Shown one piece after another: positions 12,713-26,183 of a stretch of DNA of 64,000 bases. The stretch covers positions 133,178,001-133,242,000 of the forward strand of contig NC_058368.1 in assembly GCF_018350175.1 (NCBI RefSeq). Reading direction: 5' to 3'. The position numbers and the translations under genes were made by a program. Within the stretch, counting starts at the first letter, position 1. Each line of letters begins with the position of its first letter. Under the pieces are notes generated by a model. That model did no database searches. It saw only the letters and a list, made by a program, of their open reading frames with translations, and was not told the origin of the DNA. This DNA comes from Felis catus. Taxonomy: Eukaryota.

Positions 12713-13559
12713 ACCTGTCTTTTTGAAATCTAACCCATTATAGTGTCCCATAAATACCCTGTGAAGTATGACTGAAAGATACTCACTTCTTCCCAGCTCC
12801 TCTTCCCCATCTAAGTCCAGGCTGCCATCTACTGCTTTTAGCCCTTGGAGCTCAGTTCACACTTCTCATGTGCAGAAATGTAGCTTTATTAACCTTCCTT
12901 TAGCTGTACTGAGTTTCTACCTCCAGACACTGTGGTGACTGATGCAGGAAGCTCAGCCAGTCATGTCTGGCTTGGCTCAGTGAAGTGCAGTGATTTCTCA
13001 GTTTACTCAGGCTTAAGCTCAGATGCAGGCGTTTCTCCCTCCCTCCCTCTCCTTAACAAGGCAAAGCTGCTAAGAGATGTCATGGTGTAGTGGTCCTTAC
13101 AAGGTATCTGGATTTGTGCTCACTCTGGGCTGGTGTCCATATCCTCCATGCTGTCTGGTCTTGCTTGTTGGCTTTTGCTGAAAGTCCCTCGCTGGTATCC
13201 ACCAAAGCAGCCCGGGCCCAAGTGTCAGAACCACACTTCCATCCGTAGCTGCACCTCATCCTCAAGTGTACAATACTCATAAAGCTCTTTCCCTGGGACG
13301 TGGGAGAGTTTGGCTGCTCTCCTCTCAGCTGCTGGGGTCTCTAGGACCCTGGAAGGCTATCCTGGGCACCAGTATAGTATTGTACTATAGTACAATTGTA
13401 GTATTGCACCAATTGTATAGTAATTGGTGCTCTCTGGGTTTATCTGCCTGGTTTGCTAGTGTCCCAGAGCTCCAGATAGAAAGTCAGCACCAGCCTCTTT
13501 TATGCCTGATTTCCTGAAACCTACTTGAGGGTTCCGTTGTCTCTTTTCACAGGACCCAC

Positions 13560-13688
13560 TGTTGGTTGACTGTAATTTCTTATCTATCTTTAGTAGGCTG
13601 TAAGCTTCCTGTACACCTTTGTACCCCTGTATTTAGTATAGTGGCTGACATATCATAGGTGCTCAGTAAAATAACTGTTGAATGAACG
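13560..13688 (+). mobile_element. L2 3' end
   Basis: ctgtaagcttcc...ataggtgctcagtaaaataactgttgaatgaac. Confidence 0.7.
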
Positions 13689-13759
13689 ATTCTCCAGCTA
13701 TCTTCTGAAAAGAATATATGACATCTAGGGTGGATGATATGTCTTAGGAGTTACAACGT

Positions 13760-14002
13760 ACTGGCTAAATCATGGACTTTGGAGGTAGAACAGACCCTTG
13801 TCCAGATCCCACCCCTGCCTTTTGCTAATTGTTTCACCTTGGGCAAGTGACTTTTGCTCTATAACCCTTAGCTTTCTCAGACATGTATTAGAAACTCCTT
13901 CATAGGCTGAGATTGGCTTTAAATCAGACGATGTACATAAAACATGTAGTATGCTTCCTGCTGCTTAAGTAAGTGCACTATAAATGACTGCTTTTATTAT
14001 TA
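13760..14002 (+). mobile_element. MIR SINE
   Basis: ggactttggaggtagaacagacc...accttgggcaagtgactt. Confidence 0.7.
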
Positions 14003-15014
14003 CTGTGCTTTCATTAGCTTCTGTGAACCCTTCCGAGCTTTCAGATAAAATGATTACTGTGAGCTCTGGAGGAGGGGCCAATGCTGCTTGGCCTCAAATT
14101 CACACTTAGATGGTCATGGAGAGTTGGGTTCTTCAAGCTGAGCTTTTGAAAGCTCTGGAAAGGAGGATGTGAGAGCAGTCTCCACCCTCGGTTCCCGGAG
14201 AGCAATGGTGATCCTGGGTTTGATGCTTGCATGCCAGCTGGAAGGATGTATAATTCTGGCAGTGATTCATGTTCACATGTTCAGATAGAGGGATGAAAAA
14301 GTTACTGTGTTTGAAACATGAAAACCACTTTTTTTCCCTTGGAAGGGACCTGATGATGAAATCTGAACTGCAAGTTCCAGAAGCAGCAGAGATAGATCAA
14401 GAGATTCTAGAATGTCAGGGAGGAAAAGATGTATTTTCCTGGCAGGAGTTGCTTTTGGAGTTTAGAGTGTAACTTTCTCTGTGACCATTGATCATGTGCT
14501 CTAATGACTGTAATGAAACAGGGCTATCTTGCTCCCTTCTCCTATCTCTGCTCTCCTCTTGGCCAGTTAAGTTTGGCAAGGACAGTATGGAGTGGGGAAG
14601 TGGTGACATCACTGTTTTCTGTCTCTAGGTCTATCTCGAAGACCTGCTCCTATTTTGCACAATTAGGCCTCACTTTGTTGGGGAAATTGTCCAAGGTGCC
14701 ATTCTATTCCGAGTACTGCACTTTTATTTTTATGAAGGAAATCGAAAGGAGTCTAGCAGGTCTGAAGTTGTAGGTGAGTTGGCAAGGAATACCAACATCC
14801 TTATTTCTAAAATGCACCAGAGGAAAATAAAATCACCCAGGAATCATACCCACACACCAAAAATCAATCTTACATTCGGAGTGGCATTTACTGCAAGAAG
14901 CAGTAAAATAGAAGGCTGAGCTCCAGGTACGCCTTTAACAACTGGCTGCCTTGGTTTTCCTGTTAGTAAAAACAGGGACAATACCAATCCCACTTAAACC
15001 ATTGTCAGTTAATT

Positions 15015-16010
15015 AAGCTTGTAATAGCAATAATTGATAGTACTGTAGAGTATGTACCAAGGCTGTCTTCACAGGAGCCCTTGGAGGTAGGTTTTACTAC
15101 TTCCATTTTACAGGTAGAGGAAACCGAGGCAAAAGGAAATGCAATAATTTGCCCTAGTTTGTGCAGCCAGGCAGTGCAGGATGAGGACTTGGACCCAGGT
15201 GGTCTGACCTGGATTTGTCTGGCCCTAACCACATCCTCTTCCCGCTTCCATCACAAAGACCTTCACTGGCCCCTGGCAAGTAGTGTGAGGTTGCCCTCAG
15301 TCAAGTGAAACGGAGTGGGTGCTGGAAACGTGCACTTTCTTGATAAGGGAAGCTTTACTCTGTAAGGACCTAAGTCTCATGTGAGCCATTTGATAAAATC
15401 TTTCTATAAACATCTCTCTTCTACTCTTAAACAGAGGGTACAAAAATGTCATAACTGTTTATACCCTCATATATGCAGCCTACCTTGCATACTATGTGCC
15501 AAAGCTGTTCCAAGTACTTTGTCTGCATTATTGCACTTGAGTCTCTCATTAACCAGAGAGACAAGCCCTGATACTAACTCTTTTTATCTAATAGTAAACA
15601 TGAGGCACAGAGAGGTTAAGTGCCTGGCCTTGGGTCACATACCTATGGATGGAGCCTGCATTTGAACTCAGGCAGTCTGGCCTCAGAGTCTCTGCTCTTC
15701 CTGACCAAGAGTTCTGAATTGCGACCCAGTGGAACACGCAGGGTGGCATGATGGGAACGGGCATCTTTGTTGCTTCTGATCTCGAAGTCTGTGCCAAGCC
15801 CTGTGCTTGGAGCTTTAGGAGCCCCAGCCCACCCATTCTCCTCCATGGGTCTTGCAGTTACATGCAGTGGTAACCTCATTTTATAGCGTAAGGAACAAAG
15901 ACTTAGAGAAGTAACTTGTCCAATAGCACATAGCTAGTTAGTGGCAGAGTTGAGGTTCTAATTCATGTCCATAGTACCCAAACTCATTCTCTTTCAATAC
16001 TACAATCTGC
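15015..16010 (-). mobile_element. Cluster of three MIR copies (~15015-15235, 15470-15705, 15870-16010)
   Basis: Repeated reverse cores: ccattttacaggtagaggaaaccgaggc; tgaggcacagagaggttaagtgcctggcc; cttagagaagtaacttgtccaatagcacatagctagttagtggcagag. Confidence 0.75.
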
Positions 16011-16394
16011 CTTTTGAAGCTGGCTCAATAAAAAAGACATTCAAAGGTGGCTGGTGATTAAACGAGGTTACCCTTCAAGGTGTGCCTGCTATAAGCTCGT
16101 CTATGGCTGTTGTCCTGCTCTGCTGTTCCTGCCTTCCCAGTTCCAGGCCCGGGGCTCTCCCTGCAGTTCCCTGGTCACATAGGATGAGCAGGGGCTGAGA
16201 GTGCTGCTTGGTGTGATATCCGTTTCCTCATCAGACAGCCTGCCATCTGGGATGTGGTATCACAGCAGGAAGCACAGAGATTGAATTTGGAGTTTGGTAC
16301 ATGCATAGGGGTCCAGTCCAAAGGAGTCAGCCGGCTATAAGGCAAGTGGGGACCCAGAAGCAGCAATAGCCATCTGAGGCAAGAGTGGGGCCGG

Positions 16395-16850
16395 ACATTG
16401 TTAATTACACCACCTTACAAATATTCCACCTTGCTTCTTTCATGTTGGCAAAGCCCTCCTCCAATAACAAAGGCCCAAAGTACCAGAAGATCACTTTTCC
16501 AGACTCCTTTGCTGCTATAGGTAATCCTAGGACACAGTCCCAGCCACTGAGATGATAGAGGAAGTCCATTGGAAAGATTTTTCTTTTTGATAAAAAGAGT
16601 AAGATACATGAAGAAAACTTTCTCTCTCTCTATCCCTTTCTTCCTGTTCTGGATTTTATTGTGTGAGATACTGGTGCTTAGACCTTGTGAGCATAAGGCC
16701 CAAGATTGGAATAGAAGGAGAGCAGAGCACCGTGCGAGAGCAAGAAAATGGTGACATAGCTGGCCACTATGACCGTGCTAGAACCACCTGCCCCTGTATT
16801 TTGTGTTCTGTGAAAAAATATGATTAAGCCATTGTTAGTTTTGTATTAAA
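16395..16850 (+). mobile_element. Degraded MLT1J/K-like MaLR LTR
   Basis: ctttcttcctgttctgga...accttgtgagcataagg...ttaagccattgttagtttt. Confidence 0.45.
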
Positions 16851-17260
16851 GCAATGGCGCACTACCTCAGATGGTTTCACTGAATCCTCTGTATCTGTAG
16901 CTCCTGTAAATGGCACTGCTGGACCACTGACAGTAACCTCCAGCCACAGCCTGGCAGCTTACAAGGCAGACCTAGAGCAGTGCACCACAGACACCTAGCC
17001 CGGGCTCGGGTGAACAAACAGGAAACAGCACCGCCTGGGGAGAGAGGGGAAGGGAATGTCTGATCATACTCTTGGCCTCTCCCTGTTTGAAGGTACTCAT
17101 GCTCCTTTGCAACTGAGTGAACTATGTTTCAGATTTTTTGGTTAAAACACACTTTTTCCATTTTTGCATCCTCAAAGGTGTGTCAGCTTTTAAGACAGTT
17201 TGTTTTTCGGTCACTTCTTTTCGTGGTAATTACTTTGTGTCAGTGTTGATGAGACAGTCT

Positions 17261-17484
17261 TTTTTTTTTAAATTTTTAATGTTTATTTATTTTTGAGAGA
17301 CAGAGTGTGAGTGGGGGAGGGGCAGAGAGAGAGAGAGAGAGAGAGGGAGACACAGAATCCAAAGCAGGCTCCAGGCTCTGAGCTGTCAGCACAGAGCCCG
17401 ACGCGGGGCTCGAACTCACGAACTGTGAGATCGTGACCTGAGCCGAAGTCAGACGCTCAACTGACTGAGCCACCCAGGTGCCCC
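17261..17484 (-). mobile_element. CanSINE (SINEC_Fc-type)
   Basis: Full reverse SINE; TSD tgat(g/a)agacagtctt at 17247-17261 and 17485-17499. Confidence 0.96.
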
Positions 17485-20387
17485 TGATAAGACAGTCTTA
17501 ACCTTGGCTGACAGATATCAGATAACTGTTGCACAACCAGCCAGTCATCACGAACTGTGAGATCTTTGTCACTTGAACATCTCCTTCCTCCTCCTGGGGT
17601 CCATGGCTGCCAGCTGACTATTCAAGAGACAGAACCAGCATTCACTAATTTGGCAGGGTGACCCATACTTATGCCACATTGGTAACATTGAAGGCTGGGA
17701 CTTGGATGGAAGGGCATTTGCCAGGTGGAGACCCAGAGGCTTGACAGCCTGCATCTGACTGGTCTTTGCCCTCATATCAGCCTTTGAGCAGGTTGGGGCA
17801 CAGAGCAGGGGCTCTTTACCTGTCTGGGGGACAGACAGATGGGGGGCCCTGGAGGACACTGACTGAGCGAGATGGAGGAGCCCTCCTGCCACATTCACCT
17901 CCCACCTCTCACAGCACAAGCGTAGTGCACAGGAACTCAGAAGGCAGATGTGAAAAGATAAGAAGGTGGGATGGGGAGACGATCTAGGGAGAGTTTAGAA
18001 GTCAATAAAATTTAGGAGCTTGAAGCAAATGGCATTTGAAGTTGTGTACTTACTTGGAAGAGAAATCAGGGAGAACAAGTCAGTTAGATGACATGCAGTT
18101 GAGACTTTTTCTCACACAAGAGCACCAACTTTGTGAGAGGGTTTTTATCATGAAATGATGATGGGCAAAAGCCTTAAAGGAACCCAGAAAAACCCACTGC
18201 ATAGGCAGAAAACCAATTCTGGTGAAAACAGAAGACTGGAAAATTATTATTGAAAAGGTGGTTTTTCTGTGGTTAATCATTTCACATCTGAAAGTTCGTT
18301 TTTTTTCCATTGATGTAATTAGTGATTACATTTTCTACAGGACATTGTTCATGTCAAGCATACAGTGACTCCAAAGAAGAGGAAGGGGGGAGCTTTATGG
18401 AAACACAAAGAAGTGCTCATGCTAATACAGTGAGGGGTAAAATTGGATTCAGCAGAGGTTCCCTTCTTGTACCGTAAGTTGCTCTCAGAGGATCAGCAAG
18501 CGTGAGCTAATTTTTTAAATGTAGTTGAAACCTTGTGATAACACACCGCTTGGGATGGCCAAGTGATTCGGCTGTGATGGAATTTTATTAGTTCAGTTCA
18601 ATTCGCTTAATCTCTTTTTCTCCTGCCCTCCCTCTCTATGTCTTCCTATCTCTCTCCTCTAGTGGGTGTTAGAAAAACTCAGATGAGTAAGACAAAGTCC
18701 CTATCCTTATACAGAGAGGGGAGAGTACACCATCATAAGATGATCCAGTGTGGTAAGTGTTGTGAAAGGGGTAAGAACAGAATGATGGAGGAACACATAG
18801 GAGAGGCCAACAAGATAACCATGGTCAGGACGCTGCTGATACTAATGTTAGTTTCAATGGATGAGTAAAACAAGTGGTCAAAAGTTAACAAGGAGATTCC
18901 CAAGGAGAAAGTGAAATAAAGAGAACACATTTGAAGCATTAGCTCCAACGAAGACTTTAGCAGCCACAACCAAGTAAGTAAAACTGTGAGAACTCCTCTC
19001 ATAAAGCTCACCTCAGACATCATGGCCTCTCTGAAAGCCTTTGGTGAACTGTCCTCAGGGGCTTGGGCAGGTTTGAGCATCATAAGCCATTCTCTAGAGT
19101 GGGAGTGAATTGTGGAGGTCTCTGGAAGTAGGGAGATGGCACATATCTCCGTAGGTGCCTGGTCAGGACTCCCGGAGATTGGGACCATGGTTCTGTCATA
19201 AGCAGCTGGGTGTGCCCCTTTGATGGGGGGTCCTGGCTCCATGCTCAAGTGGCTCTTTTGTATGGGAGGTTTAGCCTTTCATCTCCAGGTTGTCTACCCA
19301 CCCTGCTGCTGCTGTTCTCCCTTGACCCTTCTTCTCCCTGCTTCTTGCATTTGAGCATCCTCAAGGAATTTCTTCTCCAATCTAGGTCTACTTGGCATTT
19401 CTTGGGTAGCACCTTTTCTTGACACAGATATGACAGTGTATGTGCCATTAGTCACTCAGTGTCTGCTTTGCCCAGATTGGGGCTGTGGCATGACACAAGA
19501 GTAGGTCTCCACTGACTGACTGGTACTGAGGATGAGTTTCCATCTCTGACCATACCCTCAGTCCTGGAACTTCCAAGAGTTCACACCTTGGCTCTGAGGC
19601 TAGCTAGACAATAGGATTCCTATATGAATCTACCCTGTGCTGCCAGATGTGATTCCTCCATAATGTGACATCACAGCTCACTGCCATTAGCATTTTATTC
19701 TCTCAAACTATTACTGCTTTGCAACAACACTGTCATGAAGAAGGATAAACTATGAGGGCTATTTTTCCAAGCTTGGGGAGTGACTGGCTCTGCTACAGAG
19801 GCTCTCAGTCTGCAGGGACAGCAGCTCAGTTTTGCCTCCTCAGATTCTCAGGGCATGGAGAGGCTGCTTAATGCTTTCTTTGCTGTAGCAGACTTCATTT
19901 TACTGCTCTCATTCCACTTGTTACAGTCATAGGTTGCATTCCTTTTAAGAGTGTTTCTTTTGCATCACACCACCAGTTCTCATTTTTAGAAATGAGGAAT
20001 AGGAAGCCCCAGGTTAGGGGTCCAGCCCAAGGTCAAATAAGACAAGTCAGTTCCACACAAACCTTGGTCCCCTGTAACACCTGCCAGCTGGTTCCTGGAA
20101 ACCCTCTGAGGTTGCAAAGCCAGCCCTCTGGGAAGGCCCATCCCCCCCCATGCCCAGTGTCCCTCCTTTAGGTCACTTGGCATTGCTGAAGAAGTAAGAT
20201 TCCATCTAGAGGGCGGTAAGTTTAGTCTCAAAATCACCCAGTAGAGCTACTGAACGTTGGTGATTTTTAAAAGTCCCTTCAGTGTATATGCTAGTGTGTT
20301 TATTGACCATAATGGGTCTCCAACCTTCTGCTCTTGGCCAGGTCTTCCAAGGCAGCATATACCTATTCTGGACCGAGAAGGTTATGG

Positions 20388-20692
20388 GTGGTGTTTCTCT
20401 AACTTCAGTCTTATGCCCATTTCTCTTATTTTGACTTCATGTCACCCAGACTATTATTTACTGAACTTTTGCTTGGAATCAACTCAAACAATTACAACAT
20501 AAATGCTCACCTTAATCCGGTCCTAATCAATGGCGTCTCTGAAATCACATGTTAATTATATTACTTACATTATTCCTAATTAGCATTGAATAAATTCAGA
20601 ATAGCTATAATAAAATATTTGCTTGTATACAAATTAAATCCTCATACACACCTATAAGCACATATATACCAAGCATACTTTGTAAAACACAG
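20388..20692. mobile_element. MER103-like hAT-Charlie DNA transposon remnant
   Basis: gtgtttctctaacttcagtc start and catactttgtaaaacacag end (TIR-like); similar copies lie at 42625-42960 and 45640-45925. Confidence 0.5.
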
Positions 20693-23260
20693 ACATAGAG
20701 AAGCTTTCAGTGACTAGAATTCCTTTTACGGCACCAGAATCCATTCTATCCAATTGATTCACCTGCACTCAAGATAGGACTTCTGGAGGATTCTCCTTGA
20801 TGCAACTCCTCCTGATGCTTTATCATTGTAGAAACCAAGGTCACTTTGAGTTTTCACAAATGACTAGACTTCAAACTCTCTTAATTCAACAAGTATTCAA
20901 GTGCTTATAACGCGCATGGAGCCATGTGAGGTACTATGGTTGGGTCACTCACAGTCCTACATTCAAGCAACCTGTTTTCCCTGTAAAGTTAGAGAACACA
21001 ATGGCGAAGGAATGCAAAGTCCCATTTACTATGATTTGGTGTCATGCCAGAAACCTCAGATAAGAAGTCTTGACTAGGCTGGAGGTCTAAGGGGGAACTT
21101 CTCCCTCCTCTGAAACCTAAACCACTTGATTACCCGTAAGCCACATCAGAGGATAGAAAATGAAGCAGATGAGAGTACAGAGAAGAAAAGAGAGAGAACT
21201 GGATGGCCAGACTTCCCTGTGCCCATTAATATCTACCATGTGTAGAGAAACCACTGATGGGTGGACTTGGAACATCCTGTGACCTCATTCTCTAGTAAAC
21301 AGGATCTAGTCACATCCTGAAATCTCTAGTCTGGAGCACTCTGCAATCCTTGAATGGGGAACAAGAAGAAGGGGTAATGGGGAGGCCTGTCTACAGAAAG
21401 TGGCATTGAGACAGGTCCATAAAAGGTGAGGATGTTTCCAAATGCATGAGTAGATTTCAAGTTCTATTTTGGGACGGAAATGTTGGTTCTTTCTGCCATC
21501 ACCTTTGTGGCCAGCCTCCATTCTATATCAAAATACATATTAAGGCCACAAATATCCACAATGGGAAATTATTATGGTAGGGGCCCATGGAATAATCTCC
21601 CCTAAGGCCCAGGTCCCTCCAAGAAAATGTCACTGTGTGATGAGACATTCTTTTGTCACCAGTCTGTTCTGTAGAGCAGGAAAAGTGTGTAGCCTTAGCT
21701 ATAAGCTGGTTGATGCACATTGATTGGAATACTACAGTTTGAGTTGAAGTGTCAATGCTGCTACGGGCATTTTACTGTGTCATTGTCTTCTAGCTGTATG
21801 TATGTTTTGTAAGCCTGAATTTGAAAGTGTCACTAAACAAGAGTCAGGACCAAACCCAGCTGGTGCTGTTTGAGAAGTCCAGTGCCTGTCCCCCAGGATC
21901 AGCCTGAGGAATGAGAACAGCAATGGATCCCTGCCACTGCTTTCACCTCCTGGAATGCTATAAAATGTTGGAATGGCACCACTGCCCCTTTCTAGAATTT
22001 GTATGAATGTAATTCTGCCTAGAGGGGTGGGCAATTATAACTCCGGACTCTCCACTTTATCTAGGGACCCTTCCCGTTCCTCCCCACTCGGTCTGGGGAG
22101 ATTGAGAGACAGAAGGAAATCTGTCTTGGGTTTTATCCATACTGTGAATCTGGCTCTTTGTTCAAACTCCCATTAATGTAGAAGAAAAAGAATCAGCTTT
22201 ATTTCTACCATAGGAATGAGTAAATTAGTCCTTAAACAGATAAATGCAACATTGACTCTGCCATCAGGAGAGAATGGATGACTGTTTAAACAACAGAAAC
22301 AACAAATGGCATATCATAACACTTAGGAAAGACTCAACTGAAAGTTGTCTGCAACCTAGTGATTGCTAAAGGTCATTTGACACATCTGTCACTTGAAAGA
22401 GACAGTCTGAGGGACGTGCTCCACATCACTTTCACTACATCCTCTCAGCACGATCTGTATATTAATTCAGGCTTCTAAGAAACAGCACACCAATGCTTTT
22501 GAGCTCCCTAAAGAAACGTCTCACAGGAGTAAAGACTGAGGTGTTAAGCTTTTGAAAGTCTTGAGAGTTGATACAGCAAAGGGTCATTATGCCATTGTTT
22601 TAGTATCTTCTGCATGTCTGTTTTTGAAAGTGTCACTCATTATATGATGCATTTCTGAAATTCATTGCTAGGAGACATTGATCTGGTTAGTTTTTTAATT
22701 CTCTCAACAAATCTTTATCGAATGTCAATTGTGTGCCAGGCACTGAGCTGGGTATTGAAACATGGGTGAACTAGTATGTTTTCTTTTATTTGATGGAAGC
22801 ACTATATAATGCAAGGTGTATTCAGTTTTGCCGTATCTGGCAGGGACATCAAACTAAATTGAGCATGCAAGCACATTGACTACTTTTTTCCAGGTACAGC
22901 ACTTTTTTACTCTTTTCTTTTTAGTATTGATGACAACTATAGTATAAAAAAATATATTCTCATTTAAATGTTGTCCTCTGGTACAGAAAAGTTTGTAAGT
23001 TGTTTGTTCTTCATCCATCTTCCAATTCTACTCCTAGGCATAATCACTATTAACTGTGTGTTGTGTATCATTCTAGCAACTAAATATGTACAAACACACA
23101 GACACACAGAGACACACATTATCTTTCCTTCCAGACACCTTACACACACATACTGACATACCAAGGCAAGGAGATTGGAATGGTCCACTCCAGGTGCAGG
23201 TGATTAGGAGGTGCACTGTTAGAAGGGGTTGTAAAAAATAATGAAATCTAAGTCAGTCTA

Positions 23261-25236
23261 TTTTTTTTATTATATGAAATTTATTGTCAAATTAGTTTCC
23301 ATACAACACCCAGTGCTCATCCCAAAAGATGCCCTCTTCAATGCCCATCACCCACCCTCCCCTCCCTCCCATCCCCCCCATCAACCCTCAGTTTGTTCTC
23401 AGTTTTTAAGAGTCTCTTATGCTTTGGTTCTCTCTCCCACTCTAACTTCTTTTTTTTCTTTTTTTTCCTTCCCCTCCCCCATGGGTTTCTGTTAAGTTTC
23501 TCAGGACCCACATAAGAGTGAAAACATATGGTTTCTGTCTTTCTCTGTATGGCTTATTTCACTTAGCATAACACTCTCCAGTTCCATCCACATTGCTACA
23601 AAGGGCCATATTTCATTCTTTCTCATTGCCATGTAGTACTCCATTGTGTATATAAACCACAATTTCTTTATCCATTCATCAGTTGATGGACATTTAGACT
23701 TTTTCCACAATTTGGCTATTGTTGAGAGTGCTGCTATAAACATTGGGGTACAAGTGCCCCTATGCATCAGTACTCCTGTATCCCTTGGGTAAATTCCTAG
23801 AAGTGCTACTCCTGGGTCATAGGGTAGGTCTATTTTTAAGTTTTTGAGGAACCTCCACACTGTTTTCCAGAGTGGCTGCACCAGTTTGCATTCCCACCAA
23901 CAGTGCAAGTAGGTTCCCATTTCTCCACATTCTCTCCAGCATCTATAGTCTCCTGATTTGTTCATTTTGGCCACTCTGACTGGCGTGAGGTGATATCTGA
24001 GTGTGGTTTTGATTTGTATTTCCCTGATGAGGAGCGACGTTGAGCATCTTTTCATGTGCCTGTTGGCCATCTGGATGTCTTCTTGAGAGAAGTGTCTATT
24101 CATGTTTTCTGCCCATTTCTTCACTGGATTATTTGTTTTTCGGGTGTGGAGTTTGGTGAGCTCTTTACAGATTTTGGATACTAGCCCTTTGTCCGAATTG
24201 TCATTTGCAAATATCTTTTCCCATTCTGTTTGTTGCCTTTTAGTTTTGTTGGTTGTTTCCTTTGCTGTGCAGAAGCTTTTTATCTTGATGAGGTCCCAAG
24301 AGTTCATTTTTGCTTTTAATTCCCTTGCCTTTGGGGATGTGTCAAGTAAGAAATGGCTGCAGCTGAGGTCAGAGATGTCTTTTCCTGCTTTCTCCTCTAG
24401 GGTTTTGATGGTTTCCTGTCTCACATTCAGGTCCTTTATCCATTTTGAGTTTACTTTTGTGAATGGTGTGAGAAAGTGGTCTAGTTTCAATCTTCTGCAT
24501 GTTGCTGTCCAGTTCTCCCAGCACCATTTGTTAAAGAGACTGTCTTTTTTCCATTGGATGTTCATTCCTGCTTTGTCAAAGATGAGTTGGCCATACATTT
24601 GTGGGTCTAGTTCTGGGGTTTCTATTCTATTCCATTGGTCTATGTGTCTGTTTTTGTGCCAATACCATGCTGTCTTGATGATGACAGCTTTGTAGTAGAG
24701 GCTAAAGTCTGGGATTGTGATGCCTCCTGCTTTGGTCTTCTTCTTCAAAATTACTTTGGCTATTTGGGGCCTTTTGTGGTTCCATATGAATTTTAGGATT
24801 GCTTGTTCTAGCTTCGAGAAGAATGCTGGTGCAATTTTGATTGGGATTGCATTGAATGTGTAGATAGCTTTGGGTAGTATTGACATTTTGACAATATTTA
24901 TTCTTCCCACCCATGAGCACGGAATGTTTTTCCATTTCTTTATATCTTCTTTAATTTCCTCCATAAGCTTTCTATAGTTTTCAGCATACAGATCTTGTAC
25001 ATCTTTGGTTAGATTTATTCCCAGGTATTTTATGCTTCTTGGTGAAATTGTGAATGGGATCAGTTTCTTTATTTGTCTTTCTGTTGCTTCATTATTAGTG
25101 TATAAGAATGCAACTGATATCTCTACATTGATTTTGTATTTCCTGAATTCATGTATCAGTTCTAGTAGACTTTTGGTGGAGTCTATCGGATTTTCCATGT
25201 ATAATATCATGTCATCGGCAAAAAGTGAAAGCTTGA
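23261..25236 (-). mobile_element. L1-A: 5'-truncated felid L1 (L1_Fc-like), ~1.97 kb
   Basis: Poly(T) and tttattg (reverse aataaa) at the left end, then 3' UTR and ORF2; TSD aagtcagtctattttt at 23250-23265 and 25236-25251. Confidence 0.97.
23501..25234 (-). pseudogene. L1 ORF2p C-terminal remnant (end of RT, thumb, Cys-rich domain); 569-aa open frame
   Basis: (KLSLFADD)MILYMENP...[10 protein letters not shown]...[18 protein letters not shown]...CPSTDEW; lacks promoter, ORF1, EN and most of RT; small in-frame deletion at [11 protein letters not shown]. Confidence 0.95.
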
Positions 25237-26183
25237 AGTCAGTCTATTTTTATTAGCACCATGCACTAACAATTCTAAACAATGTCCAGGATAAAATATT
25301 CCTCCCATGGGTTGGACTCCTCCATTGCTATAATATTGAACATACGCACATAGGCAAATGCTTATGTATACCATATACACGCAGGCAAATGTATAAATAT
25401 GTATTTTTATAACATATATTCTTTGCCAAATGCAAATGGAATAGCATTATGCATTATTCTTTTAATACTTTTCTATTGATTTATATTGGACTTCTTTCCA
25501 CATCATTTCTTACATATCTGATTCTTTCTCAATGACTGTCAAATATTCTGTTATATGAATATATCATATATTTTGTATCCAAGCCCCTTAGTTTTTCACT
25601 ATTAGCATCAGAAGTAAAGGAGTTCTGCTAATCCAGGCTGATAGTCTTTTCTTTTATTATATAGATTTATCTCATTTACATTCATTTTTATAACATATAT
25701 TTGTTGCACTTAATTTTATTCTACTATTTATTTGGTTATAGTATATATTTTCTGTTTATATTGTTGCCTTAAATTTGGGGTTTTTTGGGGGGCCATTTGT
25801 TCTGTACATTCTTTGTTTTGCTTTGTCTTCTCCTACTTCTAATAATAATATTTTAGCTTTGATATAGTTAAAGCTCTATTTCTTGTTTTATTAATGTTTG
25901 ACAGTTTTTACCTCATCAAGAAAGAAGAGGGAAATATATTTTTCATACTTCCTTCTAGCTTCTTCTCCTCATCTTACTTTTTATAATCTTTCACTATTAC
26001 CTAGATTTATAACTTATACAGCACTGAGTTCTGGAAAAATAATTAAATAGTCAGTGGTAACTGACAGTCCTTCCATCCATGGCTTTTCTGTTCATGACAT
26101 GACTGCAAATATTTTTTACACATCTGTGGGCTGGCTGGATTTTGCCATTATGTCTTTTCTTTTTTAAGAAGGGCTCATACTTG

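Larger units (their letters stand above)
23152..25335 (+). mobile_element. MER97-like hAT-Tip100 remnant split by L1-A (pieces 23152-23265 and 25236-25335)
   Basis: ggtccactccaggtgcagg...aagtcagtcta|tttttattagcaccatgcactaacaattctaaacaatgtc joins seamlessly once the L1 and one TSD copy are removed. Confidence 0.6.

Noticed and set aside
14345..14370. C-box/D-box-like atgatga...ctga
   Set aside because: The boxes are only a few nucleotides apart and there is no terminal stem; not a snoRNA.
18733..19248. 171-aa minus-strand ORF with a hydrophobic C-terminus
   Set aside because: No recognisable domain, it overlaps an L2-like fragment at its 3' end, and there is no supporting exon structure; probably chance.
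24102..24695. 197-aa plus-strand ORF
   Set aside because: Antisense frame of L1 ORF2, a common artefact.
25237..26179. Idea that this spacer is a 943-bp insertion with a 5-bp TSD (CTTGA) into one long L1
   Set aside because: The spacer starts and ends with the TSDs of A and B and continues the MER97-like element from the left flank, so it is original target DNA.
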